A DNA stretch of 63,815 nucleotides, the filler included, from Octopus bimaculoides (lineage: Eukaryota): NCBI RefSeq assembly GCF_001194135.2. It is 3 parts of 3 records of this genome, joined end to end, with 100 filler letters (N's around TTAATTAATTAA, not from the genome) between each part and the next. Parts side by side here need not be neighbours in the genome. Positions count along the whole stretch, not along the records: positions 31,838 to 60,462 come from NC_068997.1; positions 60,563 to 63,815 come from NC_068987.1; 1 more part is not named here. The stretch is one strand, 5' to 3'. Under the pieces are notes generated by a model. That model saw only the letters and a list, made by a program, of their open reading frames with translations, did not search any database and was not told the DNA's origin. This document shows positions 53,000 through 63,815 of the stretch, piece by piece. The position numbers and the translations under genes were made by a program. Within the stretch, counting starts at the first letter, position 1. Every line of letters begins with the position of its first letter.

Positions 53000-53400
53000 T
53001 TAAAGTATCCAGATCATTATAATTCACCAGACTGATGCTAAATCCAACGATGATTTTAGTTTCGTTTCGGCATGCCCGAGCTTTCTTTATGATCATCCAA
53101 GCAGTATTTGTACTTTTTCTCGCTTCTTGGATTTCCAAATGTGTTCAGATATAAACTTTACGTTGTTTTTGCTTTTCGCTTTCAGGTAGTGGTGGAATTA
53201 GCTATTGTGTTTGTGAAGGCGCTTTTTTAGTGTGACCCTTGCTTCCCAGCAAAAATTCACTTCATCCAGTACCTCTCCTTAATCCTAAACAAAAGACCCG
53301 AAATTTCTTCACATTGCTGTGATATATTAAAGTTCTTGCCGATCGATTTCAAAACAAGAACTTCGGATACCCGATGAAAAGGACAAACGTCGCCAACAAC
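53000..53400 (-). mobile_element. possible Penelope-like GIY-YIG relic
   Basis: degenerate minus-strand TLKKRLHKHNS...ISEHIWKSK resembles the FKxRxxxH...LSxHIWxLK pattern. Confidence 0.4.
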
Positions 53401-53559
53401 ACTTCTAACTAAGCTTTCATCCATACGACCAACCATGGATGAAATCTAAAGCAGAACATATAGATACCTGTCACAGTGTGCAATCCTCATCAAAGTCAAA
53501 ATCAATCACGTGACGAATTACCTGATCAAACACATCTAATCAAAAGGCACCCAATACTC

Positions 53560-53822
53560 TGTCATTACATTTTCTGAACCACTAAGTTACGGGGGACATC
53601 GGCAGTTGTCAAACGGTAGCGGGGTACATAAACTGGCATAAAGACTTGCGCGCACGCACACACACGCACATGTATACGACTGGCTTCTTTCAGTTTCCGT
53701 CTACCAGACCCACTCACAAGGCTTTGGTTGACCCGAGGCAATAGTAGAAGACACTTACCCAAAGTGCCACGCAGTGGGATTGAACCCGAAACCATGTGGT
53801 TGGGAAGCCAGGTTCTTACCAC
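53560..53822 (-). mobile_element. composite SINE family B copy
   Basis: head, ctttgggtaagtgtcttctactattgcc core and 3' module. Confidence 0.8.
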
Positions 53823-54019
53823 ACACTTCTATTTAAGTATTTGAAGAGAAATACATTAGGGAATCAGTATGAATTGTAATATCGTAACAGGTACATCCTT
53901 ACCACAAACTATGTCACTTTTGTGTGAACGGTAATTGTGCAGAGTAAAAGTTACCAAGAGGATGAGAGATACTACTTTATCGTGTAGCTCATCATTATCA
54001 ACATATACCTGTTAAATGA

Positions 54020-55125
54020 ATGGTTTATCCAAATTTGTTTGATGTTTATGGCGCATCATTCTTTTGTATAACTCAGTGTCAGAACTGAGCTCATTGTAAA
54101 TTCTTTTTTACTAATATCTTTTGCAGTCAATTTAAGCAGATTTGCTGAGACTTGTGTATTCCCATCTGTATTCCAATCTTGCTTTTGTTCTAACAGCATC
54201 AGCTCCTTGTTACATAGATTTTCTCTATAGAACTCTAAAAACTCAATTACATCATCCTCTATGACTTCCTTAAACTTGCAAGTGTCACTTGCAAGTGTCA
54301 TAATATCTTTCCTAATTTTATGTAGACTTTCTACTTGCGGAAAACATGTATTCGAATACAGTCTGGCCATGAATTTTTCCAAGCACAGTTCTAAGTCGAG
54401 GGTTTTTACTTCACCCCATGACTCAGCTATGTTTTCTACAATGTCCATTATGTTGAATATCTTCCAAAATGTCTCTAACTATATTTTTGTTCTCCTGTCA
54501 TTTTCTTTCATAAGTTGTTTGCAAGTTCTCAGATAATATGTCATGACGTTAGCTATCATACATTGATCTATTGGCTGGTGTATATAAGCTTATTTAAGTA
54601 ACAACGTTTTTCAGCAACACCATGTTTTTTTTCAGCTGCTCAGGATAATTATTTGTAGCCTTTGTAATTAGCACTGACAGCTTCATCAGTCATTTTTATG
54701 TTATGCATATTCAAGTGCTTCTTAAATCTTTCAAACTAACCTTTACTAGCCAGAAAAAGGGTTTTCTTTAGTAAGTTTACCTTCCTTTTTCTGGAAATCG
54801 TCATACAAACCTTTTAAAATTACTATTGTACTTATCGGTACATTATGTAGAGCATGATCCTCAATCCATTCACCCAAGAGCCGTTCACTAGATCCATGAA
54901 AAAAATTAGGTCTTAACAGTTAAAGAATAAGTTCTTCATCACTGAATTTTCTCTGTGTTGTCAATTATTGCTCTTACTCACAGCAGACGGTGCAAGCTTT
55001 AATGGTTTGACATGACTGATTTTTCTCTCGCATCAAGCTTTTTTAAATGTAATTCTTTTATACTTCATTTTCACAATATTACCTTCAGTTGCAATTCAAG
55101 TTACCTGGCTTCTTCCAGACATCTT
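54020..55125 (-). pseudogene. Tigger/pogo transposase relic, internally deleted
   Basis: ERLLGEWIEDH...LASKG*FERFKKHLNMHNIKMTDEAVSA (CENP-B HTH), and C-terminal VIEDDVIEFLEFYRENLCNKELMLLEQ. Confidence 0.75.
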
Positions 55126-55929
55126 GAATTGTAGGTTATTCCAACAGAAGTAGAAGTTAACAACTATCCACAAAAAAAAAATAAAATGTAGAAAAAAATC
55201 AGCACCAAGATTTAGTTGCTTCTAAAAATCATTTGATGTTTCTTTTGGGAGGAAATGCCCAGTGGTGATATGATGCAATAATAGAAATTAGACGATAAAA
55301 GGGTAAAGAGATGAGGTAGGGAGAAGTACTGTATGATCATAGTTAGTTGAAGGGTTACCAAGTTCATGACACATTGTTCCTTCCACTTCTGATTTGGGTC
55401 ATAAAGACAACACAGTTTACTCTCTCTCTCTCTCCCTCTCCCTCTCTCTCACTTACACACATACACGTCCACTGTGTTGACATATAACATATGTAGCTAC
55501 AGATGTTGCTATGGTGTTTATACCATTATTTTTGCTGCCAGTTTGTTATTTAAAAGTTGGTGGGTTGGCAGGGGTAGTAAAATTAGTTGAATTGGTCTTG
55601 TGCTGATGATGGTGATATTGGGGGTGCTGTTTGTGGTGGTGCTGGTCATAAGGTTCTTGTTAATTTTGTTGTTGCTGTTTAATCGTAAGTCAATCTTCAT
55701 TGACCTAAAATCAAAAACATTTCATTCAACATTTAAAATACACTACCGCACCACATTATCTCACGCGGTTGTCTTTTATTTTTAAAAAAAAAGGGAGCTG
55801 TTTATCTCGTTTATACTATCTTTGCTTCGTTGCTGCTGGTGGTGGTCATTAAGGAGTTGGTGGATTGGTCATGGCAGTGATAGTATTGGTTTTGGTATTA
55901 ATGATAGTAGTGGTGATGGTGTAAGTTGA

Positions 55930-55949
55930 TATATGTGTGTGTGTGCGTG

Positions 55950-55988
<39 letters not shown>

Positions 55989-56207
55989 GAGAATGTACGA
56001 AAAAACAACAACAGACGAGGACTATATATATATATATATATTTGTATATAGATACACATGTATATATGTACATGCATATATACATATAGATGTATGTATG
56101 TATATATACATATGTGTGCGTGCATGTGTGTGTCTGCCACGCGCGCAAGTGTGTGTGTGTATGTGTATGCGTATATATAAATGTGTGTGTGTGTATACAT
56201 ACATACA

Positions 56208-56243
<36 letters not shown>

Positions 56244-56640
56244 TGTGTGTGTGTGTACACATATATATATATGTATGAAAAATGTATAAAGAAGCGAGGT
56301 AATGTATACTGAATGTATATATACATATGTGTGCGTGTATGTGTTTGCCCGTGCGCAAGTGTATGTTTGTGTGCGAGTGTATGTATGTGTGTGTGCGTGT
56401 GTATGCATGTGTGTGTGTGTATGTGTGTGTGTATGTGTGTGTGTGTGTAGATGGAGAAACGTTCATTGTGACCCAAGAAAATATAGACAAACACAAACAT
56501 TCAGTGAAAAATTTGACATCACACTCCGTAAATGTTAATAGTGACGCACACACAAAGATTGCTTTCGCGCGCTCACACACATAAATGCATGTATGTATGT
56601 ATGTATGTATGGATGGATGGATGGATGGATGGATGGATGG
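55930..56640. repeat. compound TA/TG/TACA/GTAT/GGAT microsatellite field
   Basis: directly visible; source of many spurious ORFs. Confidence 0.9.
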
Positions 56641-57494
56641 CGATTACAATTTTTTCAATTGTTTATTTGATCTCAGCTAAATCAGCGAGAAGCAACATTT
56701 TTGCTGAGAAGAAAATGTTTTAAAATTTTCTAGATTTATCCGCGTTTCCGTAAGAGCGAAATTACAGATGGTTTCTGAAATTAACAGTCATACTTCACAA
56801 TTCTCTGGTAAGCGCAAAATCACGTAATGTGACTGTAACGCGGGAATGCCGGTAACTGAAATGACAACTAAAAACCATGTAATTGTTGTATTATATTTTG
56901 ATATATGTGTGTTCTATTTTCAGTCATTATTTCGTCTGTATTATTTAATATTATAACTCTAAGCTTAGTGTAATTTCATATTTATTTCGTCGGTTAGACT
57001 TTGGAAATATTTTCTCGTATTTACAAGATTAATATTTCGATCTCCCTATTTGCAGTTCCAATTTAATGCTTAACCCTTTCCATATCTTTCTCTAACTTTC
57101 TCTTATACTCACTTTCCACTCCTCATCCCCTCCCCCTCCTCCTTCAATATATCTCTCTCTCCGCTCTCCAATACAACCCCCTCCCCTTTTCCTGCCTCCC
57201 ACTCAACCTCAACTCACTCTTTAAAAAGATAGGGCAAACATTAATATTCTTTCCGGCTTTGCTCTTTCCTTTGTTGTTCCTTTGATGGGTGTGTGCGTAG
57301 TACGATGGTTATGATCCTGGTGGTGGTGATGTTAGTAGTGGTGGTGGTGGTGGCGGCGGCGTTGGCGATAGTGGCGAGAAACGTTGGCCGGGTGCTTGTG
57401 ACATTGTTTGTATATAGAATACTCGTGATAGTGATGGTGGTGACAGTCGTAAACATGATGTTGCTGTATCCAATGTTGGATGATAAGTGTAATT

Positions 57495-57819
57495 CACTAG
57501 TTCTCAACCGGTGTTCATATGACCCTTGGTGGGGTCTATCTCGGATTTCGTGGGTCCACACAAGCAAAATAGTACATTGGGGAAGCATTATTAAGGGTGA
57601 AAGATTTTGCTTTAGATGCGTTTTTTGCAAGAAATAGCTAAGTTTCTTTCTTAAATGTTTTCCATAATTCAATGAGTGAATAACAAAATAGGAATTTTGA
57701 AAGAAGTATCTATAAAGCTAGTTTAAAAACAAAAAGAAAATTGTATAGTCATGGGGATCCAACAGGATAAAATAGTAATAGAAGGGTGCCATTGGTAAAA
57801 AATGGTTGAGAAACAATTG
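57495..57819. mobile_element. hAT-Charlie-like MITE
   Basis: degenerate TIRs cactagttctcaacc and ggttgagaaacaattg. Confidence 0.6.
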
Positions 57820-58101
57820 GGTAATTTGATATGATATTAAACTTATCGAGTATTGGATATGGGCTTTGCATGAAAATATTTTCTACATTGAACTAGGATT
57901 TATTTATAGATATTATTTACTTAAAAGTCAATATTTTGATTTCAACGCTAATGTAAAATTCAGAAAGTTCACTAGAACTCTTGAATGGGAATATTTACAA
58001 CCAAGAAGAGCACACATACACACACACAAACACGCACCATCGCACGCGCACACTGAAACGCCTACCACCACTACCACACATGTATATGTATTTGTGTTGT
58101 A

Positions 58102-58175
<74 letters not shown>

Positions 58176-58699
58176 AAATATGGCAAAAAATCATATATTA
58201 ATTAATATCGATTAATTACCAGGAAGCTAGCACATTTAAAGAATCAAAGAGATTCAGAAACAGTATCTGCAATCTCAGGGTATTAAAGTACATTTTTATA
58301 TATGACGTTGACCACTAACGTGGACATTCAATGTGCTAGAAATAGATCACATTATATATGTATATACACACATACAAAAAGTGTTATGAGCTCGGCAGTA
58401 CAAAGGGGGAAAATTTAGATGGAGAGAGATTGATAAAGGATGGAAGAGCAAGAGGTGTGAAAAAGAGACTAGGTGAGTGGGAGGTGAATAATAGGAAGGG
58501 GGAGGAGGAGAAAAAGGATGAGGAGGAGGACGACTAGGACAACGGCGACGACGGGGAGGAGGAGGAGGAGAGTTTCAAAAGATAGAAACGATGATGGGAG
58601 AGATACAAGGAAACAAGATGGAGAGTAGGTAGGGTAGGAAGATGGAAAGGAGATGGCGTAGAGGAGAGCAAAAGCAATAATTGAGCACCATCACCATCA

Positions 58700-58705
58700 C
58701 CATCG

Positions 58706-58776
<71 letters not shown>

Positions 58777-58816
58777 GCGTCTGCTGCTGCTGTTACTACT
58801 ACCACTATTACTACTA

Positions 58817-58848
<32 letters not shown>

Positions 58849-58855
58849 ACTGCTT

Positions 58856-58907
<52 letters not shown>

Positions 58908-58910
58908 CAC
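58700..58910. repeat. (CTA)n microsatellite with CTG interruptions
   Basis: directly visible. Confidence 0.95.
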
Positions 58911-59462
58911 ATCGCAAGTATGATTATGATGATTATGATGGACAGTGCTGGTGATGGTATTGTTGGTGTTGTTGTTGCTGGAGATAACGATGATAAAAAA
59001 AATATGATGCTAAGAATTAGAAGAGGAGGGAGAAAAGAAAAAAAAACAGGGAGACCAACAACAATTTCATTACAGCATCCTCCCCAGCACGTCTTTCCCA
59101 CCCGGAATGATAAATAGACAGTGAGGTCATATCTCTGTTTTCGGAATCAGCGAACGAGGTCGAAGGTCAGTGGATCAGAGTCAGATGAAAGTAAATGAAG
59201 GGAAGTGGGATGCGGGTCGGGGGTGGGGGTGGATACGTAAGGGAGATGGAAGGTGTGGGATCGGAGGGGTAGGAGGGGGTACTGATGGTGGGTAGCAATG
59301 GTGGTGGTAGTGGTGGAGGTGGTAGAGTGGAAATGGGGTAAGGCCGTGTTGTTAGTGCTTAATAAAGCAGAAATCTGCACCGAGAGACACCGAAACAACT
59401 TTAGCCACACTGCCTACTACTACTACTGGCGTAGGTAGTGGTGGTATTGGTGGTATAACTAC

Positions 59463-59501
<39 letters not shown>

Positions 59502-59669
59502 AGGAGGAGGGAGAGGAGACAATGATTAGAAGAAAAAACGCATAGATATATTGAAAGTATGGAGGGAGACAGAAAGGAAGAAAGATAGAGGAGAAAAGGA
59601 ACAAAAACCAGCTCAGTATTCAGTCAACTGTGACAAACTCAAGATTCGTCCGTGACGGCTGCTGTTACG

Positions 59670-59940
59670 ATTGGTTGCCTCGACGACCACACCTTCCCAT
59701 CTCTGCTACCGCCACAGTTAACGCTTACCATGGTAACAATAGGGAAGGGAGCCTGAACGTGTCGTCGCCGCGACCTACTAGAAATGGGTACAAAATCTCC
59801 GAATCGCACAATGTATTTTTAAAAATGTCAGACAACTGGATTATGTGGTATTACATATACTTACTGTTCGAATAAAGTACTGGATCTTCATAGCTGGAAC
59901 GCCTTTGATCATGGTTCTGTTCAGTCGTTGCTAACCGTGG
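59670..59940. promoter_or_regulatory. RFX X-box cluster and CpG-rich putative promoter region
   Basis: CTTACCATGGTAAC at 59724-59737 (one mismatch to GTTNCCATGGNAAC; 12-bp perfect palindrome); GTTGCCTCGACGAC at 59674-59687; inverted CCAAT at 59670-59674; TAGCAAC half-site (minus strand) near 59927-59933; local CpG enrichment. Confidence 0.55.
59865..59912 (-). CDS. putative first coding exon of an unidentified gene (MIKGVPAMKIQYFIRT), phase 0 out
   Basis: agaaccATG (A at -3), 16 open codons, consensus donor ACA|gtaagt, RFX-type motifs nearby. Confidence 0.4.
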
Positions 59941-60189
59941 GCTAAATCATATCACCACTACCACCACCATAAACGACAATAACAGCCACAAATAGCATTA
60001 GAATGACGACTGCAATACTTCATCTCCCTATCATAACATCTTCATACCACATATATACACACACAACCACACATAGAATATCCCCTGCCCCTACACATTC
60101 AGTGACGATATATAGAACAATACTCCACAAATAATCAACATTGCCTTGCTACTGCAATAACCAACATACATCGATATATATATGCGCAT

Positions 60190-60229
<40 letters not shown>

Positions 60230-60462
60230 NNNNNNNNNNTATCACCACTACCACCACCATAAACGACAATAACAGCCACAAATAGCATTAGAATGACGAC
60301 TGCAATACTTCATCTCCCTATCATAACATCTTCATACCACATATATACACACACAACCACACATAGAATATCCCCTGCCCCTACACATTCAGTGACGATA
60401 TATAGAACAATACTCCACAAATAATCAACATTGCCTTGCTACTGCAATAACCAACATACATC

Positions 60463-60562
60463 NNNNNNNNNNNNNNNNNNNNNNNNNNNNNNNNNNNNNN
60501 NNNNNNTTAATTAATTAANNNNNNNNNNNNNNNNNNNNNNNNNNNNNNNNNNNNNNNNNNNN
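60463..60562. other. artificial scaffold-join linker
   Basis: identical 44 N + TTAATTAATTAA + 44 N structure. Confidence 0.95.
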
Positions 60563-60617
<55 letters not shown>

Positions 60618-60624
60618 ATACATA

Positions 60625-60780
60625 TACCACGGGCTTCTTTCAGATTCCATCTACTAAATCCACTCACAAGGCTTTAGTCGGTCCGTAGCCATAGAAGACA
60701 CATGCCCAAGGTGCCACGCAGTAGGATTGAACCTGGAAGCATGTTGTTGGGAAGCAAGCTTGTTACCACACAACCGCGCC
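60625..60780 (-). mobile_element. SINE family B, 5' module
   Basis: gtggcaccttgggcatgtgtcttct on the minus strand, next to (TG)n. Confidence 0.75.
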
Positions 60781-61729
60781 TATATGCAGGATTATAACAT
60801 GAAAGAGGGATCTAAATGAAATGTAATGAGGAATAAATCCCACACCAATTTTGCTAAACAATCCCAAGGAAAATTACGTTTGTTCTACGATCATTACAAG
60901 GAATATTGTTACAAATAAAAAGAAAAGAAACTACTACACCCTACTGCTGAAACCCTTCTTCAGAACAAGCCCTCAAAATGAAAGACTACCTTAATGTGTA
61001 TTGGGCACACACTTTATATGCAGAGGGTCCAATCATCTCTACCTTCTCTATGCGCTCAATTATTCCCAACACCCAGTCATGTGTAGAATTATCCATTGTA
61101 ATTACTATCCATTACCTCAAACTTGTTAGAAAAAAATTGAATCTACGAGTAAAAGAAATCCAGAAAAGAGTTTCTACCAACTAGAAATGACCCACTAATC
61201 TCACTTCATATTTTTCTGCAACAGTTCATGTGTAAACAGGAGATTAACAGCATTAATCTCACCTGTCTCCGAGTTTGTAATTGTACATAGCACTGCTTAG
61301 AGCTTTACTCACGAGAGTTGGCCCAACCTCCAGACTTGTCAGAAAGAATAAAATGCAGACGAATGCACAGTTGATAAGCTTGTCTTTAATATTGTAAAAT
61401 TAAAGATGATAGATTATAGAGTACCCAAAATGTTAATAAAATATCTATATTCTGTGCAAAACAATATTAAGCTTTGTCTAGTATAATTTTCATTTTTTTG
61501 GAATGACCAGATAACTATGCGTGCATTTCGGTCATATCACCTTATCAGTGAGTTAATGACCTTACTGAGATTTGTTCGTTTCTTTCCAATCTTATGTAAG
61601 TTAACACGAAATGTATTTTCACCGCAGATTTTTATGGACTATTGTCTATCTTATGGATTTAGTTCTATTCTTTCTTTAACATTTTGAGTACCGTTTTTGA
61701 AATTTTTCTAAAGTTTATCTCCTCCCAGG

Positions 61730-62290
61730 CCTATGACGATGGAGAGAAAGTAGAAAAAAGTGAACGTTTCCGGCACCTACTTCTCTTTGCTTTCATACGT
61801 GGTTCCAAAGCTGCTGACGCCGCTCGAGACATTTGTACTGCGTACAGAGAGGGCGATGTTACTGAAATGGTTTTCACGCTTTAAGGAGGAGAAATTGGAA
61901 CCCAGGGTTTCGTTGTTTGGCCTGTTCAGTTTAATGAGAACCGATTGATCAAGCTCACCCACCAGCAACTGCACCAATCCAGTAGGGAATTGGCCCAGTA
62001 TTTGAGATGCTCTAATGATACCGTCTTTCATTACCTTCACCCCATGGATTATCCAAATGAAACCAGCAACAGAGCGTGCCTCTTCAACGAGACAAATGTC
62101 GTCCACACATCTCTAATTTTACCTAAAATTCTATTCAAGACCTCGGTTGAGTAGTTTTACCTCTTCCACCACATGTTTTACTGAAATAGAACATTTGGAT
62201 CATTGTGTTTTCCGATTGCTATCCAAAAGTTTGCAAGATGTTTCGTTCAATAAACAACTGGTTTCTATTTCCTAGTCATTAATAATCCGG
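61730..62290 (+). pseudogene. mariner transposase N-terminal (HTH) relic
   Basis: RHLLLFAFIRGSKAADAARDICTAY...KWFSRFK...SRELAQYLRCSNDTVFHYLH; frameshifted. Confidence 0.75.
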
Positions 62291-62654
62291 TAGAAAGTTG
62301 GCAAGAAAACGTAAACGATGAAGAATATATTATTGACTGATTTTTTAAAGCTGTTGATGAAAAAGACGGATTGAAATACATAGCAAAAATCTAAACAACG
62401 AATTTATCTAGCAAATGAATATTTTCCTCAGCATATCTGAGTTAAAACTCTTTAGGTTTCTTTTCCCTTTCATCTTTTCCTTTTCTTGCATGCATATAGC
62501 ATTCAACTATATTATGACTGGTATATGCATTCGAATGTAAGCATATGCATGAATACGCTGTTCTTTGTATACATAGATATCGAGAGAGAGAGAGAGAGAT
62601 TAATATGAAGACGTGTTATATATGCTTGCACACACTTACAAACACAAATCTATG

Positions 62655-62689
<35 letters not shown>

Positions 62690-63228
62690 GTNNNNNNNNN
62701 NNNNNNNNNNNNNNNNNNNNNNNNNNNNNNNNNNNNNNNNNNNNNNNNNNNNNNNNNNNNNNNNNNNNNNNNNNNNNNNNNNNNNNNNNNNNNNNNNNNN
62801 NNNNNNNNNNNNNNNNNNNNNNNNNNNNNNNNNNNNNNNNNNNNNNNNNNNNNNNNNNNNNNNNNNNNNNNNNNNNNNNNNNNNNNNNNNNNNNNNNNNN
62901 NNNNNNNNNNNNNNNNNNNNNNNNNNNNNNNNNNNNNNNNNNNNNNNNNNNNNNNNNNNNNNNNNNNNNNNNNNNNNNNNNNNNNNNNNNNNNNNNNNNN
63001 NATATATATCAATGTAAGATCCAGGAATCGAGGTGCAGGAAGATATAGCTTCAAGCAATCCATAGTAGAAATTTTTAAAAAAACAACTTTCAGGGTCAAT
63101 AGTGGTTTATTGAGACAGAAGGTTTTGAATTATTTTCGTAACGGAGAACGATGTGATGAAAAAAAGTTCTTTTTATATTCCACATTAGGAGACTAAGGTC
63201 GCTAGGAGTGCAAATAAGAATACGAGAA

Positions 63229-63725
63229 TTACGAATGGAGTTGGAAAGATGCAGGCAAAAAATGCTTTAAGGTGAGAGGAACCTCAGATGTGGTAAAATC
63301 CAAATGAGGTGTGTACCGCCGGCTACTTTTCAGGCCAAGGATAAATTGATTAGATTAAAGGCTACAGTGTCGCAAGGATGTACATATTCATGCAAGGAAG
63401 ATTCAATCAGAATATATAGAATATATATATATAATATATATCATCATCATCATCATTATCACCATCATGATTCTACGCCTGGTTACTTACGTTTATCGTT
63501 GACTCTCTCTGTTAATCTTCTGTTTGCACGGACAAAGCAAACAAATACTTCTTGATGCAATTACTATATCACTCCTTGCCACAATGTAACCTTTAATCTA
63601 ATCGAGGTATCCTTGTCCTGAAGAGTAGCTGGCGGTACAGACTTCACTTGGATTTTACCATCCCTGAGGTTCCGCTCGCTATAAGACATATATAACCAGG
63701 ATCTTTCTACTCCATTACGTAACTC
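63229..63725. repeat. diverged inverted repeat (arms about 170 bp)
   Basis: 63229-63399 is mirrored by about 63548-63725 (ggaacctcag...ggtaaaatccaa...tgtaccgcc.gctact...gattagattaaagg). Confidence 0.8.
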
Positions 63726-63815
63726 AAGTATATATGTATATATAAACGCACATACACACAAAGACACACGTATATATATATATATATACACATAAATATA
63801 TATATACATATATAT

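Noticed and set aside
55100-55125. ATG TCT GGA AGA AGC CAG|gtaact as a host exon
   Set aside because: Coincides with the start of the Tigger transposase relic.
55849-56584. Cluster of long His/Tyr/Cys/Val ORFs
   Set aside because: Dinucleotide and tetranucleotide microsatellites.
59950-60462. Perfect direct repeat of about 223 bp (59950-60172 and 60240-60462)
   Set aside because: Identical copies flank a 10-N gap, typical of unmerged contig overlap.

Overview
AT-rich, microsatellite- and SINE-dense eukaryotic draft-genome DNA. The SINE families and the CA/TA/AAT repeat load point to an octopus or other coleoid cephalopod (inference). Almost all ORF-track entries are repeat or N-gap artefacts. 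The window is three scaffold pieces joined by artificial 100-nt linkers (44N-TTAATTAATTAA-44N at 31738-31837 and 60463-60562). Piece 1 holds seven internal minus-strand exons of the Ral GTPase-activating protein alpha subunit gene (RALGAPA), with GT-AG boundaries and continuous phase. It also holds a candidate 87-nt cassette exon and a candidate 16-nt microexon or recursive splice site. Piece 2 is a transposon graveyard: DD41D, mariner, Tigger, hAT/DUF4371, L1/Tx1, R4/Dong-like, Penelope-like, SINEs and MITEs. It also has an RFX X-box-rich CpG cluster near 59.7-59.9 kb, and phase-compatible tiny minus-strand exons that may form an unrecognised gene. Piece 3 holds a SINE, a mariner relic and an inverted repeat. 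No intact autonomous transposon, CRISPR array or RNA gene was seen. All family assignments are from remembered motifs, not database searches.
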